Source: a virus (lineage: Duplodnaviria; Caudoviricetes). Taken from it: 30,704 bases of DNA. The notes under the pieces were generated by a model. The model was not told where the DNA came from. It saw only the letters and a program-made list of their open reading frames with translations, and made no database searches. Where the stretch lies: positions 1-30,704 of IMG/VR virus record IMGVR_UViG_3300032320_000087, one strand, 5' to 3'. Positions 7,540 to 17,228 of the stretch are shown here, piece after piece (position 1 is the first letter of the stretch; each line of letters starts with the position of its first letter). Position numbers and translations under genes: made by a program.

Positions 7540-10500
7540 ATGCCACGTTTATCTAAAATTGGTGCAGCAGCCCTAGCAGCCTTTGGTTGGACTTCTGGAG
7601 ACTCTGCCGTTTCTGCTAGTTATCTAGTTGTTGCTGGTGGTGGCGGTGCATCATGGGCTGGTGGCGGTGGTGCTGGAGGATATAGAACAGACTCAATATC
7701 GCTTAACCCAACACTTTCATATACGGTAACCGTTGGTGCTGGTGGCGCACAAGCAGTATCAGGCGTTGGAAATAATGGTTCTGATTCTGTGTTTAGTACC
7801 ATTACATCTTCTGGTGGTGGTTATGGAAGATACAATGTGTCGGCAGTTTCTGCTGGCTCTGGTGGCTCTGGAGGGGGCATTGGTGGTCAAGCTGGTACAC
7901 AAACGGCTGGTTCTGGTAATACTCCATCAACATCTCCATCTCAAGGTAATAACGGTGGTACAGGAAGCGGCTCTGGTGGTGGTGGCGGTGGTGGCGCAAG
8001 CGCTGTGGGTCAAAGTATTGCTAGCACAACAGGCGGTAATGGCGGTGCTGGTACAGCCTCTTCTATTACAGGAACTTCTGTAACCTATGCTGGCGGTGGA
8101 GGTGGAGGTGGGTCTGGAGCTGGTGGTACTGGCGGTGCTGGTGGCGGTGGCGCAGGCTCAACAACTGTAGGAACTGCTGGAACAGCTAACCTTGGCGGTG
8201 GCGGTGGCGGTGGATGGAATACTAACGGTGGTAACGGTGGCTCAGGCGTAGTGATTATCTCCTACCCAGCCCCACAGAAATTCGGTGGCGGCATCATTGT
8301 AACCGATGGTGGTTCAACTATCATTCACATATTTAATACATCAGGGGTTCTTTCTCCGCTGTCTTCATTGTCAGCAAACTATTTAGTTGTTGCAGGTGGT
8401 GCGGGTGGTGGTAACTCAGGTTCAACAAACCCAGCTGGAGGTGGCGGTGCTGGTGGGTTGTTAACTGGTTCTGGTGCAGTAATTGACACCAACTCAATAT
8501 ATTTAGTACAAGTTGGAGCAGGTGGAGCAGGTTCAACTGCATCAAACACCGCTGGAACAAATGGTGTAAATTCTTATTTTAGTGGCTACACAACAACTGC
8601 TATTGGCGGTGGTGGCGGCTCATCTGGTACTGGCGCTGCTGTCACTGGTGGCTCAGGTGGTGGCGGTAACTATGGTTCGCAAACTGGTGCTGGAGTAACT
8701 GTAGCAGGACAAGGTTTTGCTGGTGGTAATGCGTTTAATGGTGCAAATTACACTGCTGGTGGCGGTGGTGGCGCTGGAGCTGTTGGCGTTAATGGAACTT
8801 CGACAGCTGGCGGTAATGGTGGGGTAGGTATAGCTTCCTCTATTTCTGGCACAAGCACTTTTTATGCTGGTGGCGGTGGCGGTGCTGGACCAAGCAATTC
8901 AGGAAATACCGCAGGAGTAGGTGGCAATGGGGGTGGCGGTAATGGAGGAAGAGGAACAACTGTAAGTGCACCAACAAGTGGAACAGCTAATACTGGTGGT
9001 GGCGGTGGTGGCGGTGGATATGCTTTTGCACAAGACGGTGGAGCTGGTGGCTCAGGAATTATAATCATCTCCTACGCTGGCTCTACTCAGCTTATGGCTG
9101 GCGGTACAGTCACAATCTCTGGTGGCAATGTAATCCACACATTCACCTCAAGCGGATACTTAACACCATTGAAGTTGGTTAACAACTCATTGCGTTTCCG
9201 TTCAAGTGCTAGTGCTTATTTGAGCCGTACACCTGCAACCGCCTCCAATCGTAAAACTTGGACTTGGAGTGGTTGGGTTAAGCGTGGTTCTTCTGCCGCT
9301 AATGTTCTTTTTATGGGCGGTGCAACCCAAACAGATACAGGCGCAACTTGTATTACTTTTTATAACGACATACTTTATATTCAAGGTTACAACACAAATT
9401 GGCTTGTAACCACACAAGTATTTCGTGATTATTCTGCTTGGTATCACATAGTTGTGGCAATGGATTCTACAAATTCAACCGCAAATAACAGGCTAAGATT
9501 GTATGTAAATGGTGTAGAAGTCACATCGTTTTCTACAAGAAACAATTTAACTCAAAATACTGATTACGGAATTAACCAAGCCGCATTGCATACTATTGCA
9601 TATCAATCGGTAGCATTTGGAAATACATATTTTGATGGCGAGCAAACAGAAATTAACTTTGTTGACGGTCAGGCATTAACACCAAACAGCTTCGGTACAT
9701 TTAACAGCTACGGTGTATGGCAACCTATTACCTACGGTGGTAGCTACGGTACTAATGGTTTCTATTTGCCAATGAACCCTGGTAGCTCTACTTATGCCGC
9801 ACCTTTTAACGGAACAAGTCAATTAATTTCTGTTCCCGCAAATGCAGCGTTTAACTTTACTGGTAACTTTACAGCCGAGTGCTGGGCAAATACTTCAACC
9901 ATAACTAACGCAACTCAGCCTACTTTGTTTACTATTGGTTCAGATGGCGCTGGTTTAGTAGTTGGTTTTTATGCAGGTACATTTTATTGCTATATGTTAG
10001 GTAGCGGTGGCTTAATGTCAGCTGCAACATTGCCATTAAACCAATGGGTTCATGTGGCATGGGTAAGGGTTTCGGGTGTTAATACCCTTTATCTTAATGG
10101 TGTTGCTAGTGCCACTGCCTCAGTATCTGGAACATTATCCAGCACAGGCGGTGTGACCGTTGGTAGAACAGGAAGCTCAGGCTCAGCTTTCCAATATTTC
10201 CAAGGTTCAGTATCAAACTTTAGGGTAAATAACACTGCTCTTTACACAGCAAACTTTACTCCACCTACAAGCCCGTTAACTGCTGTTAGTGGAACTCAGT
10301 TATTAACCTTGCAAAACGCTACCATTATTGATAACTCAACTAATGCGTTCACTATTACCAATACAGGTTCTGTGGCAACTGTTGTAGCTTATCCGTTTAA
10401 TTTAAACAAAACAATAGATTACAGCCCAGCTGGTAACAACTGGACAAACAACAATATTGGCACAGTAACAGGCACAACCCTTGATGTAATGACCGATGTC

Positions 10501-11118
10501 CCAACGCTGACTAGCGCAACGGCTGCAAACTATCCAACATTGAACCCTTTGGCTTTACCTCCATCAGGCTACACAGCTGGTACATTTTTAAGCGGAAACT
10601 TACAATTTACTACTGGTGGTGTAAAGATAGCAAAATCAACTATGGCAATTCCTTTAACAGGAAAATGGTATATAGAGTGCAGAAGTAGCGGAACAAGTGC
10701 TTCTATTGATTGGATATTTGGGTTAACAGGCATGGCTACTACAACCCCTGTAAATCATTCAAATCCAGGCGTTAATTTGTATATATCTGATACTGCTTAT
10801 TGGTTATTAAATGCCGTAACACAATTTACCCAAGCTGGTGCTATATCGTCTAGTGATGTTTTCCAAATTGCTTATGATTCAAGCACAGGAAAAGTATGGT
10901 TAGGAAAAAATAATACTTACTACACAGCGGCTGGGGCTGGTACTGGTAATCCATCGTCAGGCACAAATGAATTTGGTACGATTTCTACTACAACAGAATA
11001 TTGTGCTTATACAGGTGGAAACTCAGGAACTACTACAAGTAGTATTAACTTTGGACAACAACCATTTGTCTACACACCGCCAACAAACTTTGTAGCCCTT
11101 AACACTTACAACCTATAA
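7540..11118 (+). CDS. Receptor-binding fibre: two glycine-rich domains, LamG/ConA-like, nested second LamG, SPRY-like
   Basis: Duplicated YLVVAGGGG..GGSGxxIISY units; SLRF..WTWSGWVKR..WYHIVVA..LYVNG LamG; GKWYIE..NFGQQPF SPRY-like. Confidence 0.8.
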   Translation: MPRLSKIGAAALAAFGWTSGDSAVSASYLVVAGGGGASWAGGGGAGGYRTDSISLNPTLSYTVTVGAGGAQAVSGVGNNGSDSVFSTITSSGGGYGRYNVSAVSAGSGGSGGGIGGQAGTQTAGSGNTPSTSPSQGNNGGTGSGSGGGGGGGASAVGQSIASTTGGNGGAGTASSITGTSVTYAGGGGGGGSGAGGTGGAGGGGAGSTTVGTAGTANLGGGGGGGWNTNGGNGGSGVVIISYPAPQKFGGGIIVTDGGSTIIHIFNTSGVLSPLSSLSANYLVVAGGAGGGNSGSTNPAGGGGAGGLLTGSGAVIDTNSIYLVQVGAGGAGSTASNTAGTNGVNSYFSGYTTTAIGGGGGSSGTGAAVTGGSGGGGNYGSQTGAGVTVAGQGFAGGNAFNGANYTAGGGGGAGAVGVNGTSTAGGNGGVGIASSISGTSTFYAGGGGGAGPSNSGNTAGVGGNGGGGNGGRGTTVSAPTSGTANTGGGGGGGGYAFAQDGGAGGSGIIIISYAGSTQLMAGGTVTISGGNVIHTFTSSGYLTPLKLVNNSLRFRSSASAYLSRTPATASNRKTWTWSGWVKRGSSAANVLFMGGATQTDTGATCITFYNDILYIQGYNTNWLVTTQVFRDYSAWYHIVVAMDSTNSTANNRLRLYVNGVEVTSFSTRNNLTQNTDYGINQAALHTIAYQSVAFGNTYFDGEQTEINFVDGQALTPNSFGTFNSYGVWQPITYGGSYGTNGFYLPMNPGSSTYAAPFNGTSQLISVPANAAFNFTGNFTAECWANTSTITNATQPTLFTIGSDGAGLVVGFYAGTFYCYMLGSGGLMSAATLPLNQWVHVAWVRVSGVNTLYLNGVASATASVSGTLSSTGGVTVGRTGSSGSAFQYFQGSVSNFRVNNTALYTANFTPPTSPLTAVSGTQLLTLQNATIIDNSTNAFTITNTGSVATVVAYPFNLNKTIDYSPAGNNWTNNNIGTVTGTTLDVMTDVPTLTSATAANYPTLNPLALPPSGYTAGTFLSGNLQFTTGGVKIAKSTMAIPLTGKWYIECRSSGTSASIDWIFGLTGMATTTPVNHSNPGVNLYISDTAYWLLNAVTQFTQAGAISSSDVFQIAYDSSTGKVWLGKNNTYYTAAGAGTGNPSSGTNEFGTISTTTEYCAYTGGNSGTTTSSINFGQQPFVYTPPTNFVALNTYNL

Positions 11119-11122
11119 GACT

Positions 11123-12169
11123 ATGCCTACACCAACAATCCCAGCTGGCAATTTGTTTATGAACGCTACCACTTATACTGGTACAGGAGCTTCTTTGACC
11201 GTTACCAATGGAGTAGCTGGGCAGTCATTTCAACCTGATTTTGTTTGGATTAAATCCAGAAGTGTGGCAGAAAACCATTTAGCTTATGACTCTGTCAGAG
11301 GTACAAACCAAAGACTTTACCCTAACTTAACAGCAGCAAATTCAACAGCAACAGACCAATTTAATTCATTTAATAGCAATGGATTTACGCTTGGCGCAGA
11401 CCCATCACAACAAGCCAACATAACTGGCGCAACAATGGTTGCTTGGAACTGGAAAGCAGGTGGCACAGCCGTCAGCAACACAGATGGAACAATAACTTCT
11501 TCAGTATCCGCAAACCAAACAAGTGGCTTTAGTGTTGTTACTTATACAGGTACAGGTAGTAATGCAAGTGTAGGGCATGGACTTTCTGTTCTTGGTGTTG
11601 CCCCACAATTTATTCTTACTAAAACTGTAAGTACAGCATTAGGTAACTGGGGCGTGTATCACGCATCATTAGGAGCTACAAAAGCCTTAAACTTAAATAA
11701 TACAATTGCTGCAGCAACATTTATTCAATTTTGGAATAATACTGCACCAACTTCAACTGTATTTTCAGTAGGAACATCTAATGATGTAAATGGCGCTTCA
11801 ACTTATGTAGCATACTGCTGGGCGCCTATTGCTGGCTACTCTGCATTTGGCTCGTACACAGGTAATGGTTCTGCTGATGGAACTTTTGTATATACAGGGT
11901 TTAGACCAAGATTTATAATGATAAAAAGGTCAAGCGGTGTAGGTGATTGGCTAATCCAAGATACATCAAGAAGCCCATATAATTTATCTGATTCTGTTTT
12001 GTACGCAAACTATTCTGATGCTGAAGGAACAGGCGGTGGATATGGAATTGATATTCTTTCCAATGGATTTAAATTTAGAAATTCAGCTACTTATGCCAAT
12101 GCAAGTGGTTCAACCTATATTTACGCTTGCTGGGCTGAGAATCCGTTTAAGTACAGCAATGCTCGATAA
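11123..12169 (+). CDS. Fibre-associated beta protein (YTG-repeat, DUF7483-like)
   Basis: YTGTG..FQPDFVWIKSR..AWNWKAG..GFSVVTYTG..GYSAFGSYTGNG..GFRPRFIMIK..DILSNGFK. Confidence 0.75.
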   Translation: MPTPTIPAGNLFMNATTYTGTGASLTVTNGVAGQSFQPDFVWIKSRSVAENHLAYDSVRGTNQRLYPNLTAANSTATDQFNSFNSNGFTLGADPSQQANITGATMVAWNWKAGGTAVSNTDGTITSSVSANQTSGFSVVTYTGTGSNASVGHGLSVLGVAPQFILTKTVSTALGNWGVYHASLGATKALNLNNTIAAATFIQFWNNTAPTSTVFSVGTSNDVNGASTYVAYCWAPIAGYSAFGSYTGNGSADGTFVYTGFRPRFIMIKRSSGVGDWLIQDTSRSPYNLSDSVLYANYSDAEGTGGGYGIDILSNGFKFRNSATYANASGSTYIYACWAENPFKYSNAR

Positions 12170-12185
12170 TTAATAAGGAAACAAA

Positions 12186-12629
12186 ATGACATTTACTAGA
12201 CAAGACGAAATACGCCCAGACGACCAATACTACTGGGTAACACAAAACGCAGACGGTTCATACTCAGCTACTCCAAAAGAGCTAGAAGACCGTGAAGAGT
12301 CCGATGAAAATGGCAACCCGATGTATGTGCAAGTTTATGATGCAACCGCCAATGACGGTAAGGGTGCAATGGTAGACACTACAAAGCGCCTAGTCACCAA
12401 GGGTCTAAAGTCCCAGTGGATTGCCAAAGTTAAGCACAACACCAACATGACCCTAGCTCAGACCGATTGGTATGTAATCCGCAAGGCAGAGCGTAATGTT
12501 GACATTCCTGCTGATGTAGCTACTTATCGTGCGGCAGTCATTGCATGGGCTACAGCAACAGAAGCATCTATTACAGCAGTAACAACAGTTGAAGAACTTA
12601 AATTAATTAACCTAGGAGTATCAATCTAA
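12186..12629 (+). CDS. Tail fibre assembly chaperone-like protein
   Basis: AAGGA RBS; LAQTDWYVIRKAE..IPADVATYRAAV chaperone-type motif; follows the fibre genes. Confidence 0.65.
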   Translation: MTFTRQDEIRPDDQYYWVTQNADGSYSATPKELEDREESDENGNPMYVQVYDATANDGKGAMVDTTKRLVTKGLKSQWIAKVKHNTNMTLAQTDWYVIRKAERNVDIPADVATYRAAVIAWATATEASITAVTTVEELKLINLGVSI

Positions 12630-13000
12630 TGGCACATTTTGCTAAAATTGAAAATGGTGTTGTAGTCCAAGTAGTAGTCGCAGAGGAAGACTTTATTGCC
12701 ACTGGCGCATTGGGTGACCCAGCTAATTTTGTACAGACATCGTATAACACCCGTGGCGGTATCCACTACGGTCAAGACGGACAGCCAAGTGGTCGTGAGC
12801 CATTACATAAGAATTATGCTGGCGTTGGCTATACATTTGACGGCACAGGTTTTGCTCCTCCACAACCATTCCCAAGCTGGAACATGAATTCAACTACTTA
12901 TCTTTGGGAGGCTCCAATAGCGATGCCAACTGACGACAAGCCATACTCATGGGATGAAGCAACCCTAGCGTGGGTAGAAGTTGAAAGAATGACCGCATAA
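12629..13000 (+). CDS. Conserved partner of glycine-rich fibres (assembly protein-like)
   Basis: MAHFAKIENGVVVQVVV..QTSYN..KNYAGVGYTFD..PQPFPSW..WEAP..WDE; AGGAG RBS. Confidence 0.7.
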   Translation: MAHFAKIENGVVVQVVVAEEDFIATGALGDPANFVQTSYNTRGGIHYGQDGQPSGREPLHKNYAGVGYTFDGTGFAPPQPFPSWNMNSTTYLWEAPIAMPTDDKPYSWDEATLAWVEVERMTA

Positions 13001-13209
13001 TGAGAACCGTTTACGATGCGCAAATTGTAGACGGGCTAGTGCAGCCTAAGCATGAAGTTCATATTGAGTGTCGTGCCTGTGGTTACGACCTCGATGAAGC
13101 TGAACTGACTGCGGATACCTGCTCGGATTGCGGTGCGCCTTTAAACCTTAAACAACATATTTCTATCCATGCGACATCTGTTCCTGCCGCTGGTGGCGGA
13201 GTTATGTAA
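13000..13209 (+). CDS. Small zinc-ribbon protein
   Basis: CRAC..CSDC; TAATG overlap. Confidence 0.65.
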   Translation: MRTVYDAQIVDGLVQPKHEVHIECRACGYDLDEAELTADTCSDCGAPLNLKQHISIHATSVPAAGGGVM

Positions 13210-13220
13210 GGTGAAAAGGT

Positions 13221-13673
13221 ATGGCAGACCCGTATGGATTATCAGAAGGAGTCAAAACTCTTAGTGGTAGCCTTGATGCAACTAGAGAGGCTACTAAAGG
13301 GCTAACTAAAAGCATTGAAAATGCCCAGCACGATGCAACAGAGGTAGCTCAGAAACAAGCTAATGAGCGTATCAGGGCAAGACGGGAAGCAGAGTTTAAG
13401 AAAGAAAGAGCATTAATCAAGGCTTTAGAAGCCTGGAAGCATAAGAAACAAATCTCCGATGAGGAGGCTAATTTAAAGATAAAGTTTGTTAAAGCCCACG
13501 GAGCTAAAGAGTGGGAAGCGGTACTAAAGATTAAGCTGGATATTGAGAATATGCAACGCAAAGACAATGAAGAATACCAGCATGATTTAAAAGCAGTAAG
13601 GCGAGTGCAGTTTTATTGCTTTGCAGCAGCTGCCGTTATTGCATGGTATTTAACTTGGGGTATTAAGGGGTAA
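13221..13673 (+). CDS. Coiled-coil protein with C-terminal TM anchor
   Basis: Charged helical body, then FYCFAAAAVIAWYLTWG; immediately upstream of the holin. Confidence 0.7.
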   Translation: MADPYGLSEGVKTLSGSLDATREATKGLTKSIENAQHDATEVAQKQANERIRARREAEFKKERALIKALEAWKHKKQISDEEANLKIKFVKAHGAKEWEAVLKIKLDIENMQRKDNEEYQHDLKAVRRVQFYCFAAAAVIAWYLTWGIKG

Positions 13674-13675
13674 TT

Positions 13676-14077
13676 ATGTTTCCATTAGGCGCACTATTAG
13701 ACATTGGCGGTAAGATACTTGATAAGGTCTTTCCTGACCCAGCACAAGCAGAGCAAGCCAAACTCAAACTGTTGGAGATGCAACAGAATGGCGAGTTAGC
13801 TCAAATTGCAGCAGATACTGCGGAACAGCAAGAGCTTACTAAAAGACAGCAAGCTGACATGGCTTCTGACTCTACGCTATCTAAGAACATCCGCCCGATG
13901 ACTTTGGTATTTATATTGATTGTCTACTCCACCTTTGCCATGATGTCCGCTTGGGATGTAGAAGTAAACAACAACTACGTAGAACTGCTCGGTCAATGGG
14001 GTATGTTGATTATGTCTTTCTACTTTGGCGGACGCACCCTTGAGAAGATTATGGATATGAAGGCTAAAAAAGAATGA
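13676..14077 (+). CDS. Holin (3TM/GTA-type holin family)
   Basis: GKILDKVFPDP..ADMASDSTLSKNIRPMTL..TM..GMLIMSFYFGGRTLEK; adjacent to the endolysin. Confidence 0.8.
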   Translation: MFPLGALLDIGGKILDKVFPDPAQAEQAKLKLLEMQQNGELAQIAADTAEQQELTKRQQADMASDSTLSKNIRPMTLVFILIVYSTFAMMSAWDVEVNNNYVELLGQWGMLIMSFYFGGRTLEKIMDMKAKKE

Positions 14078-14661
14078 CGTATGACCAGCTAGATAAACTA
14101 GGCATAGACCACAAATGGCTTGCCCCGCTAGAAGAAACTTTTGCTAAGTACGACATATCTACGCCTGTTCGTCAGGCTTGTTTCATTGGGCAGTGTGCTC
14201 ATGAGTCTGGTAACTTCAAGACCCTGCAAGAGAACCTAAATTACAGCGCTGAAGGGCTAATGAAGACTTGGCCCAGCAGATTTCCAAATTTAGAATATGC
14301 ATCTCAGTATGCCCGTAATCCAGCTAAAATAGCGGGTAAGGTCTACAACGGCAGACTAGGAAACACTAGCGAGAAAGAGGCTTCTCAGTTTTTGGGGAGA
14401 GGACTTATCCAGTTGACTGGCAAGGAAAACTATGCGAATTGCGGAACTGCTCTTGGTATTGATTTTGTTGGAAATCCTAATCTTCTAATTGAGCCTAAAT
14501 ATGCAGCTTTGTCTGCGGGCTGGTTCTGGAACAAGAAGGGTTTAAACAGCTTGGCAGATAGCGGTGATTTTGAGACAATGACTAAACGCATCAATGGTGG
14601 CTTAATTGGTTTAGAAGACCGTAAAGCCAAAATTGCCAAAGCTCTATCCATATTAGGGTAA
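14074..14661 (+). CDS. Endolysin, glycoside hydrolase family 19
   Basis: FIGQCAHESG..ENLNYS..GRGLIQLTGKENY..SAGWFW..TKRINGG..GLEDR. Confidence 0.92.
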   Translation: MTYDQLDKLGIDHKWLAPLEETFAKYDISTPVRQACFIGQCAHESGNFKTLQENLNYSAEGLMKTWPSRFPNLEYASQYARNPAKIAGKVYNGRLGNTSEKEASQFLGRGLIQLTGKENYANCGTALGIDFVGNPNLLIEPKYAALSAGWFWNKKGLNSLADSGDFETMTKRINGGLIGLEDRKAKIAKALSILG

Positions 14662-14667
14662 ACCCGA

Positions 14668-16539
14668 ATGCCATTACAAAAGCTACAATTTAAACCAGGC
14701 GTTAATCGAGACCAAACCAACTACTCTAACGAGGGTGGTTGGTATGAGTGCGATAAGATTCGTTTTCGTTCTGGGTATCCACAGAAAATTGGTGGGTGGC
14801 TTCGTTATGGTTCAGTTACGCTTATTGGTATTTGCCGCCAGATGTTTAACTGGATTACCACTCTTGGTGATAACTACCTTGCAATGGGAACCAGTAAAAA
14901 GGTCTATATTGAGGCTGGTCAAGAGTTCTATGACATTACCCCCTTACAGCATACCTCTACCACTTTAGGCGCTGCTGCTGGTCCGTTTACAGCTACTACT
15001 GGCTCTGCGGTACTTACTGTGTCTTATTCCACAGATACCGCCTATAACCCAGAAGTGGGCAATTATGTAACTTATGGTGGAGCCGCAACGCTTGGTGGGA
15101 ACATTACAGCTAATGTTTTAAATGCCGAGTTTGGTTATGTAATCCTTACTGTAGACACTAGTGCCAAGACTTACACCATTAATGTAGGTGTTAACGCTAG
15201 TGCTTCCGATACAGCAAAGGGTGGGGCTACAGTTACAGCTTATTACGATATTGATGTTGGTTATGACATAGTTACCTATGGTTATGGATGGGGAGCTGGT
15301 GTTTGGGGTCGTGGTGCTTGGGGTTCTGGTTCTATAACTCCTGTTGTTCAGTTACAAAGGGATTGGTTCTTTAATAACTTTGACAACGACCTTGTAATGA
15401 ATATCCGCAATGGCGCTATTTATTACTGGAAAAACACCGATGGGGTTCAAGCTAGAGCGACTCTTTTGTCCACAACTACGATAGATGGCGTTGCACCAGC
15501 AGATGTACCATCCTTAACTAAGCAGATATTACTATCTCAAAACGATAAGCATTTATTGGCTTTTGGAGCCACACCTTATGGTGGTGGTGCTTTTGACCCA
15601 CTGCTTATTCGTTGGGCTAATCAAAACCAAGCTAATGTTTGGACTCCGTTAGTTACCAATTCTGCTGGATTTATTCGTGTTTCTAGGGGTTCTGAGATTG
15701 TTTGCGCTATAGCAACCCGTCAAGAAATTCTAGTATTTACTGACGGAACCCTTAATTCCTTGCAGTATTTAGGCACAACAGATGTGTTCGGTTTACAAGA
15801 ACTGTCAGACAACATCTCCATCCTTAGCTCCCGTTCTGTAGCCGTAGTTAACAATACTGCCTATTGGTTTGGTCACGACAAGTTCTATGCTTACTCTGGT
15901 CGTGTAGAAACTTTGCCATGCACCCTGCGTAATCATGTATTCCAAAACTTAAACTACAATCAAGTAGACCAAATTGTCGTTGGCACTAATGAAGGTTGGA
16001 ATGAAATCTGGTGGTTTTACCCTACCGCTAATAGTAATACCAATGATGCCTATGTAGTCTATAACCATCTAGAGAAGATATGGTACTACGGCTCTATAGA
16101 GCGCACCGCATGGAGTGACTCATCACTAAGGGAATACCCTCAGTCTGTAGCTTCAACGATTGTCTATGACCAAGAAAATGGTGTAAACGCAGATACTTTA
16201 CCTTTGGAAGCTAATATATCGTCTTCTGACTTTGACTTAACGGACGGAGATCAATTTATATTAACAAAGAGAATTATTCCTGACATTAATTTTGATGGTT
16301 CTACAGCCTCTTCTCCAGAAGCCACTATGTATATTAGACCTAGGAACTTTCCTGGCACGTCATACACAAACACGGAAACTGGGCGGGTTATCCAAACTAC
16401 AGTAGATCAATATACAGATCAAATTTTTATGCGGGCTAGAGCACGTCAAATGGCAATTAAGATTGCTTCCGCAAATCTAGGTGTTCAATGGCAGTTAGGT
16501 AGCCCCCGTTTAGACGGCAGACCAGACGGAAAACGCTAA
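14668..16539 (+). CDS. Tail nozzle / DNA stabilisation protein (P22 gp10 / T7 gp12 analogue, beta-propeller)
   Basis: 623 aa beta-rich protein: FKPGVNR..GGWYECDKIRFRSGYPQKIGGW..IRW..EIWWFYP..YVVYN; located upstream of the ejection proteins. Confidence 0.7.
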   Translation: MPLQKLQFKPGVNRDQTNYSNEGGWYECDKIRFRSGYPQKIGGWLRYGSVTLIGICRQMFNWITTLGDNYLAMGTSKKVYIEAGQEFYDITPLQHTSTTLGAAAGPFTATTGSAVLTVSYSTDTAYNPEVGNYVTYGGAATLGGNITANVLNAEFGYVILTVDTSAKTYTINVGVNASASDTAKGGATVTAYYDIDVGYDIVTYGYGWGAGVWGRGAWGSGSITPVVQLQRDWFFNNFDNDLVMNIRNGAIYYWKNTDGVQARATLLSTTTIDGVAPADVPSLTKQILLSQNDKHLLAFGATPYGGGAFDPLLIRWANQNQANVWTPLVTNSAGFIRVSRGSEIVCAIATRQEILVFTDGTLNSLQYLGTTDVFGLQELSDNISILSSRSVAVVNNTAYWFGHDKFYAYSGRVETLPCTLRNHVFQNLNYNQVDQIVVGTNEGWNEIWWFYPTANSNTNDAYVVYNHLEKIWYYGSIERTAWSDSSLREYPQSVASTIVYDQENGVNADTLPLEANISSSDFDLTDGDQFILTKRIIPDINFDGSTASSPEATMYIRPRNFPGTSYTNTETGRVIQTTVDQYTDQIFMRARARQMAIKIASANLGVQWQLGSPRLDGRPDGKR

Positions 16540-17189
16540 TGCCTTTATACAATGTCCGTGCGCCAGCGCTCCCTCTAGCAACACAAGAATACGAACAACC
16601 CCAGCAGGATCAGTTCCAAAACGTGCTTCGTCTGTACTTTAACCGAGTGGATGATGCGTTGTTTGCACTATCTGGACCATCTGGAGGGGCAGGTTTAGGA
16701 TTCCCTTATGGTGCATTTTCTAGCGGGGTAACACAATCCGCTGCCTCTAATACCGCCACAGCGTTAACTTTTAATACTACTGACTTTGCCAATGGGTTTT
16801 CTGTAGTAAGTAACTCTAGAATTACCCCCGACTACTCTGGTATCTATAACCTGCAATTTAGCGTTCAAATTCAAAACCTGTCTAATGCCCCAGAAGATGT
16901 GTATATATGGCTTAAGCAATATACTGCTGCAACTAGCACTTTAGCTGACATTACAGGCTCTACAGGCGTAGTTGGACTATTAGCAAGAAAGAATCCAGGA
17001 GACCCATCCCACGATATTAAGGGCTGGAACTACTATGTTTCTATGAATGTGGGGGATTATATACAGATTTACTGGTCAACCACCAATGGTACGGACGTAA
17101 CTATTCCTTATTATGCAGCCAGCGGAAGCCCTACAAAGCCATCAACCCAGTCTGTAGTGGCAACTATGACCTTTGTTTCTACCGTTTAA
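16539..17189 (+). CDS. Tail needle/spike-like protein: N-terminal helix plus C1q/TNF-like beta domain
   Basis: APALPLA..LRLYFNRVD helix, then YGAF..Q..GIYNLQFSVQ..W..GDYIQIYW. Confidence 0.55.
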   Translation: MPLYNVRAPALPLATQEYEQPQQDQFQNVLRLYFNRVDDALFALSGPSGGAGLGFPYGAFSSGVTQSAASNTATALTFNTTDFANGFSVVSNSRITPDYSGIYNLQFSVQIQNLSNAPEDVYIWLKQYTAATSTLADITGSTGVVGLLARKNPGDPSHDIKGWNYYVSMNVGDYIQIYWSTTNGTDVTIPYYAASGSPTKPSTQSVVATMTFVSTV

Positions 17190-17192
17190 ACA

Positions 17193-17201
17193 TGATAAAC
17201 T
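17193..17201 (+). promoter_or_regulatory. Possible extended -10 promoter upstream of the ejection module
   Basis: TG-A-TAAACT in a 39-nt intergenic gap, one of the few in the operon; GAGG RBS downstream lies within a CCTC-AA-GAGG inverted repeat. Confidence 0.25.
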
Positions 17202-17228
17202 TACCCCAAACAACCTCAAGAGGCTTTT

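Noticed and set aside
7620-9060. GGT/GGC tandem tracts as CRISPR array or DNA repeat element
   Set aside because: They are polyglycine codons within a coding region, with no constant repeat-spacer structure.
7540-12169. Diversity-generating retroelement target in the fibre genes
   Set aside because: No adenine-variable TR/VR pair or reverse transcriptase is seen in the window.
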